A program made the position numbers and the translations under genes. DNA of 61,363 nucleotides, counting the filler. It is 5 parts of 5 records of this genome, joined end to end, with 100 filler letters (N's around TTAATTAATTAA, not from the genome) between each part and the next. Parts side by side here need not be neighbours in the genome. Positions count along the whole stretch, not along the records: positions 22,343 to 31,645 come from SRR2962707_690; positions 31,746 to 55,257 come from SRR2962707_693; 3 more parts are not named here. The stretch is one strand, 5' to 3'. Positions 25,301-38,567 of the stretch are shown here, piece after piece. Every line of letters begins with the position of its first letter. The stretch's first letter is position 1. Under the pieces are notes generated by a model. That model searched no databases, was not told the origin of the DNA, and saw only the letters and a list, made by a program, of their open reading frames with translations.

Positions 25301-26044
25301 ATCATCTTTGCCAACGACCCTCCCCTGGCTTTTTCTGCTTGTGGCGGTGCTGGGCCTTATCTGGTGGCTCTTACAACGCTGGTGATTGTTACAGTCACCG
25401 GTCAAGTGGCACTTTTGCTGAAGTTCATGCTCGATGCGCCACTGTGGGTGGACCGTTTCATTGTTGCCGTCGATGCTATAATGATCGTGCTTGTCCTTGC
25501 GGGGATTGTGGTGGGGGCAGTCGCCACCTGTGGAATCTACTCGCTGTATTACCTGCCAGCGGCCATGTGCATCTTCGTCCTTCTCTTGCTTGCAGTGTCG
25601 TTCTGCCTTGCATTAGCTCGTCTTGTGGCAGTGGATGATGTGTTTAAGCCCGCGGCGGCCAAGAAAGGTGAACAGGCACAACAGCAAGACCCAGCAGCTG
25701 CGACGGGAGCCGCAGCAGCGCCAGCGGCAGCGCAAGACGACGCTGAAACCGGCGCGGCAGCCTCAGCGGCAAAATCGCCGCCAATGAAAAAAGAGGAACC
25801 AGCGAAATCGAAAGCCAAGGCTGCGCCTCCGCCAATTCCTGACGCACCGGCCACAAGCAAAAAGCCAACAGTTGCAGCCTTGTACGACTATGAAGCTGCG
25901 AATCCCGATGAGCTAACCTTTGGAGAAAGTGACACCATCGAGGTCACAAGCGTCGTCGATGAAGGCTGGGCCAGCGGTCGCAACACGCGAACTGGTAAAA
26001 CCGGGCTGTTCCCACGAAACTACTGCGACCCGTTCTCCATGTGA
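22343..26044 (+). CDS. Eukaryotic membrane-anchored S8 subtilisin (KP-43/TagC-like) with five predicted TM helices and a C-terminal SH3; 5'-truncated; inferred introns 23056-23146, 23324-23436, 23680-23780, 24507-24594
   Basis: Catalytic triad VGDSGLD, GHGTHVAGS and AGTSMATP; IHTNSWG, SPATAKN and GRMKPDV; C-terminal beta-domain INDLDLEIV..GPQPFALVVTG; SH3 ALYDYEAANPDELTF..EGW..GLFPRNY. The four GT-AG introns restore one continuous frame. Confidence 0.88.
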
Positions 26045-26279
26045 TGAAGCTGCGCTGTCCACGATGGGCCAGTTTCGATGCATTCGGCAACTGCACTTCG
26101 AAAAGACACAACCACGGATAATATTTAAACAACACAAGGCACACAGAACTCACTTTCTTATATTATTCATCCACACTTTTCGAATGTTGCTGCCTTAGCG
26201 CGAAAAATAACGGAATCAGAACATCGAGCAGGATGTTGGACATGCGAATCAAGTGAATCCAATTGGGGAACAATCATCT

Positions 26280-29200
26280 TCACCACGTCGCTGCATTCAC
26301 GGGCGGGTGCTTCCAGTCGTCGTCAGATTGGGAGTGTTTAGGGTTGCCACTCAGTTCCTGTGACTCATGTCTGACACCAGTGTTGGTGGCGTTCTGCTCC
26401 CCGGGGCCACCGCCCAATCTGTGAACCCCTGCCAGAGCAGCGAGGCCCGACGAAAGGTCCAATCCGGAAGGCAGCCAGCCCTCAACGTCTTGGTCGGCGG
26501 TCGCCGTGGGCGTCTCGCTACTCCTCCAAATACTGGACAGCACACCCGACGTAGTTGCAGGCAGCAACTCTGGGTCTCGAAAACTGTCGTTGGCGGATAT
26601 TTTCGCAGTGGAATTCCCAGTGCTGCGACTTCCCAAAACTTGTTGATGGAGGTGGAGCAGCTCTGGCGGCGGTAGCTCAGTGTTTTGAGGGCTTCCTTCT
26701 GATCCACCGACAAGTTCCTCACGGCGCGGGACGGGAGCGGACAAAGGACTGCGATCGCTGCCACGCGACGATCCGCGCTGTCCCCGTTTTGGTGGTCTAC
26801 GCGTTCTGTTTGAGTTAGAAATTCCATCGCGGCTAGTGGCAGCTTTTCCGGAAACACCTTTCTCTCGCTGCTGCTTCTTTGGGTGTTTCAAAGGTTTCGT
26901 TGAAATAGCACCAACTGTCGGGCTGTTGTCGTTGCGTCCTGTACTACCAGTGGCGCCCGCCACGCTTGAGGTAATATTCCGGCGTTGTGGGTGGTGTCGT
27001 TGTTGGGGCTGGCTCTTAGCCGTTTTTCGAAGTGTTTCGATTGTCGACCGTGCTACCGCCAAGGCAGACTCAAATCTTTGCCGATCCTGTTCAGCCTCAC
27101 TGAGAGCGTTTGCCAACTTGGCTTCGGTTTGGGCCAGCAGTGTTTGACGTTGTTTTTCATGTTCTTCAGCCCCGCCAGAGAGTTCTTCCAGCTTCTTTGC
27201 GCGTTGCTCAGCTATTTGCTCAAGACTAGCATTGCGCTCGATGGCGCGCATGTGTAGACTTTGGAAGCGTTCAGCTTGCTTCTTCTGCCCCACAATAATA
27301 GCTTGCAGCTCGGCAATGCGCTTTGAGTGGGCCTCCACCAAAGCATCGACGTCGCGCTGTCGCACCACACGATTGCTGCGCGGTGGGCCTTGTCCGGTCC
27401 CGTCTGCACTGCCTCGACTTCCCCGGCTGGACTCCGACTCAGAACGAAATCGCAGCGACGCCCGCGGTTCCACAACACTTGCCCCGCCGCCGCCAAGGCT
27501 ATCCGGCTGGTGTTTGAAATCTGAAGACCCGCTCCCGAGAACAGCAGCTACGTCTCGAACTACATTCTCAAGCAAAGCACTTGCACGACGAGACGGTTCG
27601 TCGGCGCCTGCGCGCGTGTAGCGGGATTTAACCATGGATGATAGGCGCCGCGCAGCCTCCAATACTTGACCTTCGCTACAACCGGTCGAGCTGTTGCTGT
27701 TTGAACTTGAATTCCCAGGCGCGTCACCACTGTTGCGATGTTTTTTCTTGTTGCCTTTTCCTTCCTCACGCTCAATGGGGGAAAACGCTGACAATGTGCG
27801 GACAGCTCCCAAAAGCAGATCAGGGCGCAAGACCCAAGCGGCGTAAAGGGCGATGATACCAACAAAAACCCCGGAAGCAAACGCAGTCACAGTCGATATA
27901 ACAGCTGGTGCAGTTTCAGTCCAATCGAAATGAGGTGATGGAGTAACTTCGTGCTGACTGCGGTGAGCTCCGTCAGCGTAGTTGACTCCTTGAAGTGTAC
28001 CCATGCCCGCGGTGCCAACAACAGGGCTACCCCCGCGAGCGGGGGTTCCAGACACACTACCAAGATCCTCCAATGCAGCAGCAACTACCTTCGCCACCGG
28101 TTCTTTACCTAGACGATTGTTTGCGAGGTCACTGCCAACATGATCTGCACCAAGCACCGTGGAAGCCCCCTTCCCTATGCCTGACGTGTCCCAAGAGGAG
28201 GTGCCGTTGGTCACAGCCGCCCCTCGAACGGATGCACTCGCCGTGCCTGTCAATGTCAACACGTGAGTGTCCTCCACCAAAGATCCTTGCAGCGCTTGAT
28301 GCAGCACAGCAGAAACGTCTGCCGCAAAGTCGTCGTCACTCGCGCTCTGAATACCCTTCACAACGCGATCATGCTTGCCCTCGCCAATGGTCTCTGGCGA
28401 AGAACCTCGATGAAGCTTTTTGGCAAGTCCAACCAACATCGAAGTCGCCTCCTCAGTCGCAACTTCAAGGCAGGTCAACGGCACAGCAGCAGATACGCTC
28501 GCGGTGGTGTGTTCGTTCCGAGAGGTGGGTTTAGCATCAGGCACCAGCCATGTGCTGTGTGGAAGCTTAGTGCAGGACCCGTGCACGATCAGCAGCTGCA
28601 AAATGCCAATATCAGACGCGGCGACAGCAACATCGATAGGGCTTACTCCAACGTCGATTTGCATAGAAATTCCGTGGTTCATGAGGTGCTCAAAGCGGCG
28701 CGTCGATGGAGCATCCGGCTTGGCTCCGCGAAGCACTAGAAGTCTCGCCACTCGCGCAGCGAGGCTGATCTCACGTTCTTCAGGCGGCGCGGCTAAGCTG
28801 GGAGCACTCCCGGAGCTGCGAGCATCTGTGTTCAGCGGTCGTAGCTGGTGTCGCAAGCCAACAGCGTATTTGATGACCATTGCGAGGGCTGTCGTACCCA
28901 CCTGGGTCTCGTATTCATGCCTGGGTTGAAAGAGTCCTGATTCTAAAAGAGCTGCTGCCACTTCTAAATGCGACGACGCGATGGCGGCAAATATGGGATC
29001 GACAATCCGGCCATGTTCCATGTCCACCAATTGAAGTGGAAGCAATGACTTTTTCCGGACAACGCTTTGCTCGCTCTCCGACAGCGGTGCGACACGCGAA
29101 CCACCGTTGGTGCTATTGACGCGCCGCGGCAGCCACTGGGCGGAGTCTTGTGATTCAGACGCCGGCGGGTGCAACATTTTCCCATCAAGGAGATAGCGCA

Positions 29201-31521
29201 CAACATCAAGGTGCCCAGCGTGCGCGGCAAGCGTCAGCGGCGTCGTGCCATCCAACGCAACAAGGTTGGCACTGTTGTTTGCCTTTTCAACCAACATTTT
29301 CAAGACTGAAACGTGACCACGAAAGGCGGCAAGGTGCGCTGCAGGGTAAACATTTCCAGGTGTCACAACGTCTGTGGCAAGACTCGGCCCAACTCGAAGA
29401 AGCTGCTTCTGACTTGCACGAAGCGTGGACTTTGTGCGTTGAGCGACTGCCTCTTGATGTGAACAATTCACCCCGTCCGCAAGCGACAGCGATTTGCCCT
29501 CACAATGGCCAAGGACCATGTCAACGCCGTCGGTCGTCGGTGGGGTTATTCCGGCAAGGGATGAAATGTTCAGCAGCCTGGGAAGCTGCCGGTCTGGCGG
29601 CGGCCCGCTGCTTGCAGCGTACGCAAGAAGCACACGCACAACCTAAAGCACGACGATCACACAACGCCAGAAAAATGTCACCACATTCAAAAGGCATCAT
29701 GGAATCTCACTCCAAAATTCCGCACGCGCGAAACAAACAATGCGCATGCAAATTGAATCACTGCAAACCTCCAGGTGTCCATTCCAGGCAGCATCATACA
29801 GCAATGTATGTTTTGCCACTCCTTCTGGCCCACCAAAAGGGAGGCGGTCGTAGGTATCAGACTGGCAGATCATCTCGACAAGAGCAGCATTGCCTAGACG
29901 TGTTGCAAGGAGGGCTGGTGTTGTGCCTGTGCCGGGAAGTAGGTTGTGAACGTCGGCCCCATACTCCACCATCATTTGGGCTGCCCCGAGATTTCCGTGC
30001 ACAACAGCTAAATGAAGCCCAGGCATGCCGCGACTATTCAACACATCGTCAGGGCCCATTGAGGTGTCCTCAAGAAGGCGTCGCACGCGTGCATTTAGGT
30101 GATTGACGATTGCCTCTTCCAGTAAATGCTTTTGACCAGGCCTTTGGTTGTCCTCGCACTCCGCTGGCGCTGGGGATTCATTCGCACTGCCACCTGGTGT
30201 TGGGAGCACATAGCCTACAGTGCTAGCGTCTGCTGCGTTGGATGCACCTGGCACACTTTCGCCATCTTGGTATAGCCCGAAAGGCATTCCAGGCGACCAT
30301 GCCTGATACGCTGCCAAGGAACGAGCCACGCTGACGTTTCGCGACGCAGCCGCTCTAGTCGCGCATGCTGCGGCCCTCTCCTCCGGATCGAGAGCAGCAA
30401 TGCTGTCGGGGCCAGGTTGCGCCGCCGACTCTTCCAGGCCATCAAAGTTTTTCAGACAAGCGGCTGCCTCCATGACGGTACTTTCCGCAGCGTTGAAAAC
30501 CTCCCAAGAAAATGTCGAATGGTTCCGGCGTTGCTCTCGCTCCATGCTCGTGGTTGCCAGCTCCAGGGCTGTTTGACAAAGCTTTTTCCCCACGTTGTCG
30601 CGATACTCAAAGTAAGCGACCATCCCAAGCGTGTATCTGCGGATATGTCAGCATGGCAGTATTAGAGTGTGAACATGTGTTATGGACATACGCAGTGAAA
30701 AGGTGTACCACCCCACCCTCTCTTCAACCGCCCGCCCGGTGCGAATGCAATGTTGACAGAACTAAAGAAAGGAGGAAGACAATGATCGTCCGAAAGGTCC
30801 ACAAGGCCATGTCACTTACAAAGCACGGGCGCGAAGATGCAAGTGCGAGTTCGTCTCCGCAGAAATGTTCTGCAGCGCGTCCTCGTACTCCTGCGTGAGC
30901 AACAGTGGCGGCTCGAGAATGAAAAAGTTGCAGAACATAAGCACCGCGGTATTCTTCAATTTTGGGTCTTCGAGCAGGTCCAGGCTCTGCCAGAAGTAAC
31001 GGGCGGACAGAGAGTAGTTCACACCCAGACCATCGTCAATGCTGCCGAGCGCGTATATCGTCGCCAACTGGAAGCAGGCTTGCCCGACCAGGTCTGCTTC
31101 CTGCGCCGAGAGGCCCGACGTATCGGCAAGCGTAATGTCGTGGTAAATGGCGAGAGCCTCGTTGGTGCGGTATCTTCAGGATCAGCAAGGGGCACAGGTT
31201 GAACACACACAAGACACGTGAAGAGAATGCCAAACCAGCCACACTACACACACACTTACACTTACACTTACACACACACACACACACATGCGCGCACGCG
31301 CGCACACACGCACACACACTCAGTCTCTAGGTGACGCACTGCGAGTACAGCTCTTGCGCATCTTCTATTCGAGTGATCAACTGCATGAGATCCCACTCGT
31401 CACTCTGGAGTTTGAGGCGCTTTTTCTTGCGCTTCTTGGGCTTGCCCTCGGTCGACGCTCCCGGCGTGCCAACCAGCATCAACACGCTGACCAGAAGGCA
31501 CGCCAACCACAGTCGCGCCAT
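26280..31521 (-). CDS. Eukaryotic type-I membrane-like protein (~1588 aa): signal peptide, TPR/Sel1-like helices, ankyrin repeats, TM helix, coiled coil, disordered tail; inferred exons 31521-31340, 31173-30820, 30636-29769, 29642-26280
   Basis: Hydrophobic N-terminus MARLWLACLLVSVLMLVG. Ankyrin motifs GLHLAVVHGN, TPALLATRLGN, LLYDAAWNGHLE, AAHLAAFRGH and TPLTLAAHAGHLDVVRYLL. TM VTAFASGVFVGIIALYAAWVL. Three GT-AG introns join the frames. Confidence 0.75.
31242..31320. repeat. Compound (CA)n/(CACTTA)n microsatellite inside intron 1 of the ankyrin gene
   Basis: cacacacacttacacttacacttacacacacacacacacac...gcacacacgcacacacac. Confidence 0.85.
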
Positions 31522-31614
31522 CGCGCTCGCTCACTGACAGAACGGAACGGGCACCAGCCCTGCCACCGCTTCTGTCTGTTTGGTTTTGTGAATCCTTGCC
31601 GTTGACTCGCTCTC

Positions 31615-31645
31615 AAACAACAACAACAACAACAGCAGCAGCAGC
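31615..31645. repeat. (CAA)n(CAG)n microsatellite at contig end
   Basis: aacaacaacaacaacaacagcagcagcagc. Confidence 0.85.
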
Positions 31646-31745
31646 NNNNNNNNNNNNNNNNNNNNNNNNNNNNNNNNNNNNNNNNNNNNTTAATTAATTA
31701 ANNNNNNNNNNNNNNNNNNNNNNNNNNNNNNNNNNNNNNNNNNNN
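31646..31745. other. Artificial contig linker 3
   Basis: 44 N + TTAATTAATTAA + 44 N. Confidence 0.99.
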
Positions 31746-31746
31746 C

Positions 31747-32097
31747 ACCGTCATCACCCGCAAAGCCTATGGCGGTGCCTATGATGTGATGGCGTCCAAA
31801 CATATCCGCGCCGACATCAACTATGCGTGGCCAACCGCGCAAATCGCTGTGATGGGCGCAAACGGCGCATCCGAAATTCTTTACCGCTCAGAGCTTGGCG
31901 ATCCGGCAAAAATTGCCAAACGCACCAAGGATTATGAAGACCGCTTCGCCAATCCATTCATTGCAGCCGAGCGCGGCTTTATTGATGAGGTGATTATGCC
32001 CCATTCAACCCGCCGCCGCATCATCCGCTCTTTTGAAATTTTGAAGAATAAAGTCGTGACTGGCCCTGCCAAAAAACACGACAATATTCCTTTGTAA
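31747..32097 (+). CDS. pccB: Propionyl-CoA carboxylase beta subunit, C-terminal fragment (5'-truncated)
   Basis: TVITRKAYGGAYDVMASKH, AWPTAQIAVMGA, FANPFIAAERGFIDEVI and KKHDNIPL. Confidence 0.92.
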   Translation, partial: TVITRKAYGGAYDVMASKHIRADINYAWPTAQIAVMGANGASEILYRSELGDPAKIAKRTKDYEDRFANPFIAAERGFIDEVIMPHSTRRRIIRSFEILKNKVVTGPAKKHDNIPL

Positions 32098-32136
32098 AAA
32101 TGAACTCTGACGACAAACTTCAAGGAACCCGACATA

Positions 32137-32514
32137 ATGGCTAACCTTCCCGACATGACCAAACATCGCGGTTTTCCTTCTGGCCTGCGTGGCACGGGCT
32201 GGCAGTTTACCGTGCGCCGTGCCAACCCCAAGGGCATCGCGCCGATTACCGAGCGCCCGCGCCACCAAAGCAAGGATGCGACCGAAGGCGTTGCCGACGC
32301 AGCGTTTCTTCATGCGATTTGGCATTATTTTGGCGCAGAACCGTTCGAGCGAGGCAATCTAGACGCAGGCCGTCTATCGCGCCTTTTTGGCCGCGAGATT
32401 ATCCCTGCCGAAAAGCCGTTTAATCCGGCCCATTATGAAGCCATGCTGCAAGTCGATGAACGCGTTGCGCGCAAATCCTTCCCCGAAGCGTTTGAAGATG
32501 TGATGGAAGTCTAA
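32137..32514 (+). CDS. Hypothetical protein (125 aa) inside the pcc operon
   Basis: ATG with AAGGA upstream. Fills the pccB-pccA gap and ends 4 nt before pccA. Globular-looking motifs QFTVRRANPKG and FGAEPFERGNLDAGRL. Confidence 0.8.
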   Translation: MANLPDMTKHRGFPSGLRGTGWQFTVRRANPKGIAPITERPRHQSKDATEGVADAAFLHAIWHYFGAEPFERGNLDAGRLSRLFGREIIPAEKPFNPAHYEAMLQVDERVARKSFPEAFEDVMEV

Positions 32515-32518
32515 TCCC

Positions 32519-34518
32519 ATGTTTACAAAAATTCTTGTCGCAAACCGTGGTGAAATTGCCTGCCGAGTGTTCAAAACAGCCAAACGCATGGGCATTGCAA
32601 CGGTCGCTGTCTATTCAGACGCCGATAAAAACGCGCTGCATGTATCGATGGCCGATGAGGCCGTACATATCGGCGCATCGGCAGCTTCAGAGAGCTATCT
32701 TGTCATTGACAAGATTATCGAGGCCTGCAAACAAACGGGCGCCGAAGCAGTGCATCCAGGTTATGGCTTTTTGTCTGAACGCGCTGAATTTGCAGAGCGC
32801 CTAAAAGCGGCAGGCATCGCCTTTATCGGCCCGCCTGTGGGCGCAATTGAAGCCATGGGCGACAAGATCACCTCCAAAAAACTCGCGGCGGAAGCAGGCG
32901 TTTCCACGGTGCCGGGCCATATGGACCTGATCGAAGATGCAGAACACGCCGTCACGATTGCTAAGCAAATCGGCTATCCGGTGATGATTAAAGCCAGCGC
33001 AGGCGGCGGCGGTAAAGGCATGCGCATTGCATGGAATGATGACGAAGCGCGCGAAGGCTTTGCCCGCTCAAAATCAGAAGCTGCTTCTTCCTTTGGCGAT
33101 GACCGCATTTTCATTGAAAAATTTATTGAAGAACCGCGCCATATTGAAATTCAGGTGCTGGCCGATAGCCATGGCAATTGCATCTATTTGGGCGAGCGCG
33201 AATGTTCCATTCAGCGCCGAAACCAAAAAGTCATCGAAGAAGCACCATCACCTTTCATCGATGAAGAGACCCGCAAAGCCATGGGCGCTCAATCGGTCGC
33301 ATTGGCCAAGGCGGTCAATTACGCCAGCGCTGGCACGGTGGAATTCATCGTTGATAAAAACCGCAAATTCTACTTTTTGGAAATGAACACACGTCTGCAG
33401 GTGGAGCATCCCGTTACCGAGCTTATCACCGGCATTGATCTGGTTGAGCAGATGATCCGCGTTGCCTATGGCGAAACGCTTTTGCTGCAACAGCATGATG
33501 TAAAGCTAAAGGGCTGGGCGATGGAAAGCCGCCTTTATGCCGAAGACCCATACCGCAACTTTCTGCCGTCGATTGGCCGCCTCACCCGCTACCGGCCGCC
33601 GCAGGAAGGTGAAACCAACGGCACCATCATTCGCAATGATACCGGCGTTTATGAAGGCGGCGAAATCTCCATGTTCTATGATCCCATGATCGCAAAATTA
33701 TGTACATGGGCACCAAACCGCCTCGCCGCGATTAACACAATGTGCGAAGCGCTTGACCGTTTTGAAGTCGAGGGCATCGGCCACAATCTGCCCTTCCTAT
33801 CGGCTGTTATGAGCCATGATCGCTTCCGCGCTGGCAACATCACCACCGCCTTTATCGCCGAAGAGTATCCAGACGGCTTTGAAGGCGTGGAACTGACAGA
33901 AACAGAACTCACTGCAATTGCCGGTGTCGCCGCCGCCATGCAGTACACAGATGCACAGCGCCTGAGCCAACGCACGGACAAAGGCGCATTTTGCGCCGAG
34001 CAGATCGTTATGATTGGCGACAAAAGTTGGGCCTGTTCCGTTTCTGAAAGCCGCTCAGGCTTTACCTTGATGATCGATGGTGATGAGCATGACTTTGCCT
34101 GCGATTATGCGCCGGGCAATAAACTTGTCAGCGCTGAGGCCAAGGATTTTCCAGGTCTTGCAGGCAGCCATTATTATCTTAAAATTGCACCTATCACCGG
34201 CGGTTATCGTATTGCCTGCCGTGGCGCGGATTTAAAAGTCCGCGTGCTGCGCCCCCGCATCGCAGAACTCTACGCCATGATGCCAGAAAAAGTGCCCGCC
34301 GATACCTCCAATCTGTTGCTATGCCCAATGCCCGGCTTAATTGTTTCAATCGCGGTTGAAGAAGGCGATGAAGTCCAAGAAGGTCAAACACTGGCCGTTG
34401 TCGAAGCCATGAAAATGGAAAACGTGCTCAAAGCTGAGCGCAAAGGCATCGTGTCAGCCATTCCGGTCAAAGCAGGCGATAGCCTCGCGGTGGACGCGGT
34501 GATTATGGAGTTTGCACG

Positions 34519-34522
<4 letters not shown>
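32519..34522 (+). CDS. pccA: Propionyl-CoA carboxylase alpha subunit (biotin carboxylase + BCCP)
   Basis: [53 protein letters not shown] and biotinylation site EAMKME. Confidence 0.95.
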
Positions 34523-36654
<2,132 letters not shown>

Positions 36655-36663
36655 GATGAGCGA

Positions 36664-36692
36664 AGGCGGCGTTGCTAGACTAAACGCCGCCT
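36664..36692. terminator. Hairpin between convergent mutase and nucleoside hydrolase genes
   Basis: AGGCGGCGTT / AACGCCGCCT perfect 10-bp stem with a 9-nt loop. Confidence 0.65.
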
Positions 36693-36707
36693 ATGTCGCT
36701 GTAACTA

Positions 36708-37613
36708 TCAGAAAACGGATAAAAACTGCTTACGCACGCCGTCCAGATCACCGCCCACACAGACTTTGATCATATGGCCTGCATCGCCTGAATTTGGTAT
36801 CGTCTGACCGGATGTTTCACCGCTCTCTGAGACCAAAATTGAGACTTCCTGCATCTCAAAAAGATGCGGATAAAAACAAGCAATCACAGCCGCTGGATCA
36901 TGCAACGAGCATGCGCGGGTGTTGGTTTTGGTAAAATAAAAGTCGATGTAAAAATCAGTTGCTTGACGCAAGAACCCACCCATTTTTGGCGACTTCTTCT
37001 CCAGCATCGCAAAATCATCTTCCGAGCAAGAAATCCGGTCCGTCACATCAAGACCAACCATGGTGATATCTGCGCCCGAGCCCAAAACGACATTTAGCGC
37101 ATGGGGATCATGATAAGTATTGGCTTCAGCAAAAGGCGTGATATTGCCCGGCGCGAAGGCCGCACCGCCCATGAAAACGATCTTAGCAACATTTGTCGCA
37201 AATTCAGGATCAAGTTTAATGGCATCCGCAATATTGGTGATAGGCCCAATCGGACAGACAACGAGTTCGCCCTTTTGCTCGCGCGCCATACGGCAAAGAA
37301 AAGCCGCCGCGCTTTCATCAATTGCTTTGCCCTTTGGTTCAGTCGCTGGAATATCACCAAAGCCTTCTTCACCATGCACATGCGCGCTTGGCATAAACGG
37401 CGGCAAAACACTCGGTTTGCTAGCGCCGTGCGCCACCGGAATATCCAAACCTGCCATTTCAGCAAGGCGCAGCGCATTGCGCGTTGCCTTATCGCGCGTC
37501 ACATTGCCAAAAACACTTGTGAGCCCCAGCAATTCAATATTTGGATCGAGCGCGGCATAAAAAATCGCCATGGCATCATCAACGCCAGGATCCGTATCAA
37601 TAATCAATTTCAT
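36708..37613 (-). CDS. Inosine/uridine-preferring nucleoside hydrolase
   Basis: IIDTDPGVDDAMA (DxDxxxDD), VFGN, HVHGEEGFG, GPITNIA, MGG..GNITPFAEAN and LHDP. Confidence 0.93.
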   Translation of the reverse strand: MKLIIDTDPGVDDAMAIFYAALDPNIELLGLTSVFGNVTRDKATRNALRLAEMAGLDIPVAHGASKPSVLPPFMPSAHVHGEEGFGDIPATEPKGKAIDESAAAFLCRMAREQKGELVVCPIGPITNIADAIKLDPEFATNVAKIVFMGGAAFAPGNITPFAEANTYHDPHALNVVLGSGADITMVGLDVTDRISCSEDDFAMLEKKSPKMGGFLRQATDFYIDFYFTKTNTRACSLHDPAAVIACFYPHLFEMQEVSILVSESGETSGQTIPNSGDAGHMIKVCVGGDLDGVRKQFLSVF

Positions 37614-38485
37614 GCTTGTTGCTCCTGAAAAGCCAAAACTTCATCGAGCAAAGGAATGGCCGTGGCTGCGCCTTTGCGCGTTACCTGTATAGCAGAGGCT
37701 GCCGATGCGCGTTTCAGCGCATCAATAATCTCAAGCCCCCCATCAAGCGCCGCAAGGAAATAGCCTAAGAATGTGTCGCCCGCACCCGTCGTATCAACCG
37801 CTTTGACTTTTAAAGCTGAAACCGAAACCGTATCGCCCCCAGCCACATATTCAGCTCCTTTTGAGCCTTTCGTCACCAGCAGTGCTATCTCGTTAAGCCG
37901 CGCGTCAGCATCGGGCAATTCAGCGCGAATTTCTGCCGCTTCAATCTCATTGACCGCCAATAAATCCGTATAGGGCAATATCTCTTCAATGGCTTGCTTG
38001 GAAAATGGTGCAGCACAGTAGACAACTTTTAAGCCCATCTCTTTGGCCCGTTTCGCAGCCTCAACACCGCGATTGGTCTCGTTTTGTAGAAGTAACCAAT
38101 CACCAGCTTGTGCATTTTCTAGCGCTTTTTCAATTTGTTCATCAGTGATTTCACGGTTAGCACCGGCAAACAACACAATCGCGTTTTCTGCCTCATCATC
38201 CACATTGATGATCGCATGGCCGCTCGGCATATCAAGGCTAACAACATGCTCGATATTCACATTGGCGGCGCTCAGCGTATCTAGCGTCCAATCACTATCA
38301 CGGCCAACCGCACCAATATGGTGAATTGCACCGCCGCCGCGCCCAACGGCAATAGACTGGTTAGCGCCCTTGCCGCCCAGCCCTGTGCTTAAATCATGCG
38401 CGGTTACAGTTTCACCTGGCCGAGGCAAAGCCTTCAGCCGGTACACGTGGTCAATATTGATCGATCCGAGATTATAAATAGCCAT
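37610..38485 (-). CDS. rbsK: Ribokinase (PfkB family)
   Basis: GSINIDHV, GGKGANQS, LLQNE, VNEIEA and DTTGAGDTF. ATGA overlap with the nucleoside hydrolase. Confidence 0.9.
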   Translation of the reverse strand: MAIYNLGSINIDHVYRLKALPRPGETVTAHDLSTGLGGKGANQSIAVGRGGGAIHHIGAVGRDSDWTLDTLSAANVNIEHVVSLDMPSGHAIINVDDEAENAIVLFAGANREITDEQIEKALENAQAGDWLLLQNETNRGVEAAKRAKEMGLKVVYCAAPFSKQAIEEILPYTDLLAVNEIEAAEIRAELPDADARLNEIALLVTKGSKGAEYVAGGDTVSVSALKVKAVDTTGAGDTFLGYFLAALDGGLEIIDALKRASAASAIQVTRKGAATAIPLLDEVLAFQEQQA

Positions 38486-38567
38486 GGCAAATCAAATAAA
38501 CCAACTTCAACGCGCTGCCTACTGCTCTGTTGCAAATTCTGCACAGAACTTAAAGCAGCGCGCCTAA

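Noticed and set aside
29150-30106. 318-aa plus-strand ORF
   Set aside because: It is antisense to ankyrin-coding exons and has no recognisable features.
31242-31320. CRISPR array or telomeric repeat
   Set aside because: It is a simple compound microsatellite inside an intron. There are no repeat-spacer units or cas genes anywhere in the window.
14522-31521. Fragmented frames read as pseudogenes or programmed frameshifts
   Set aside because: Where I could resolve them, the frame changes are explained by short GT-AG introns that restore intact motifs.
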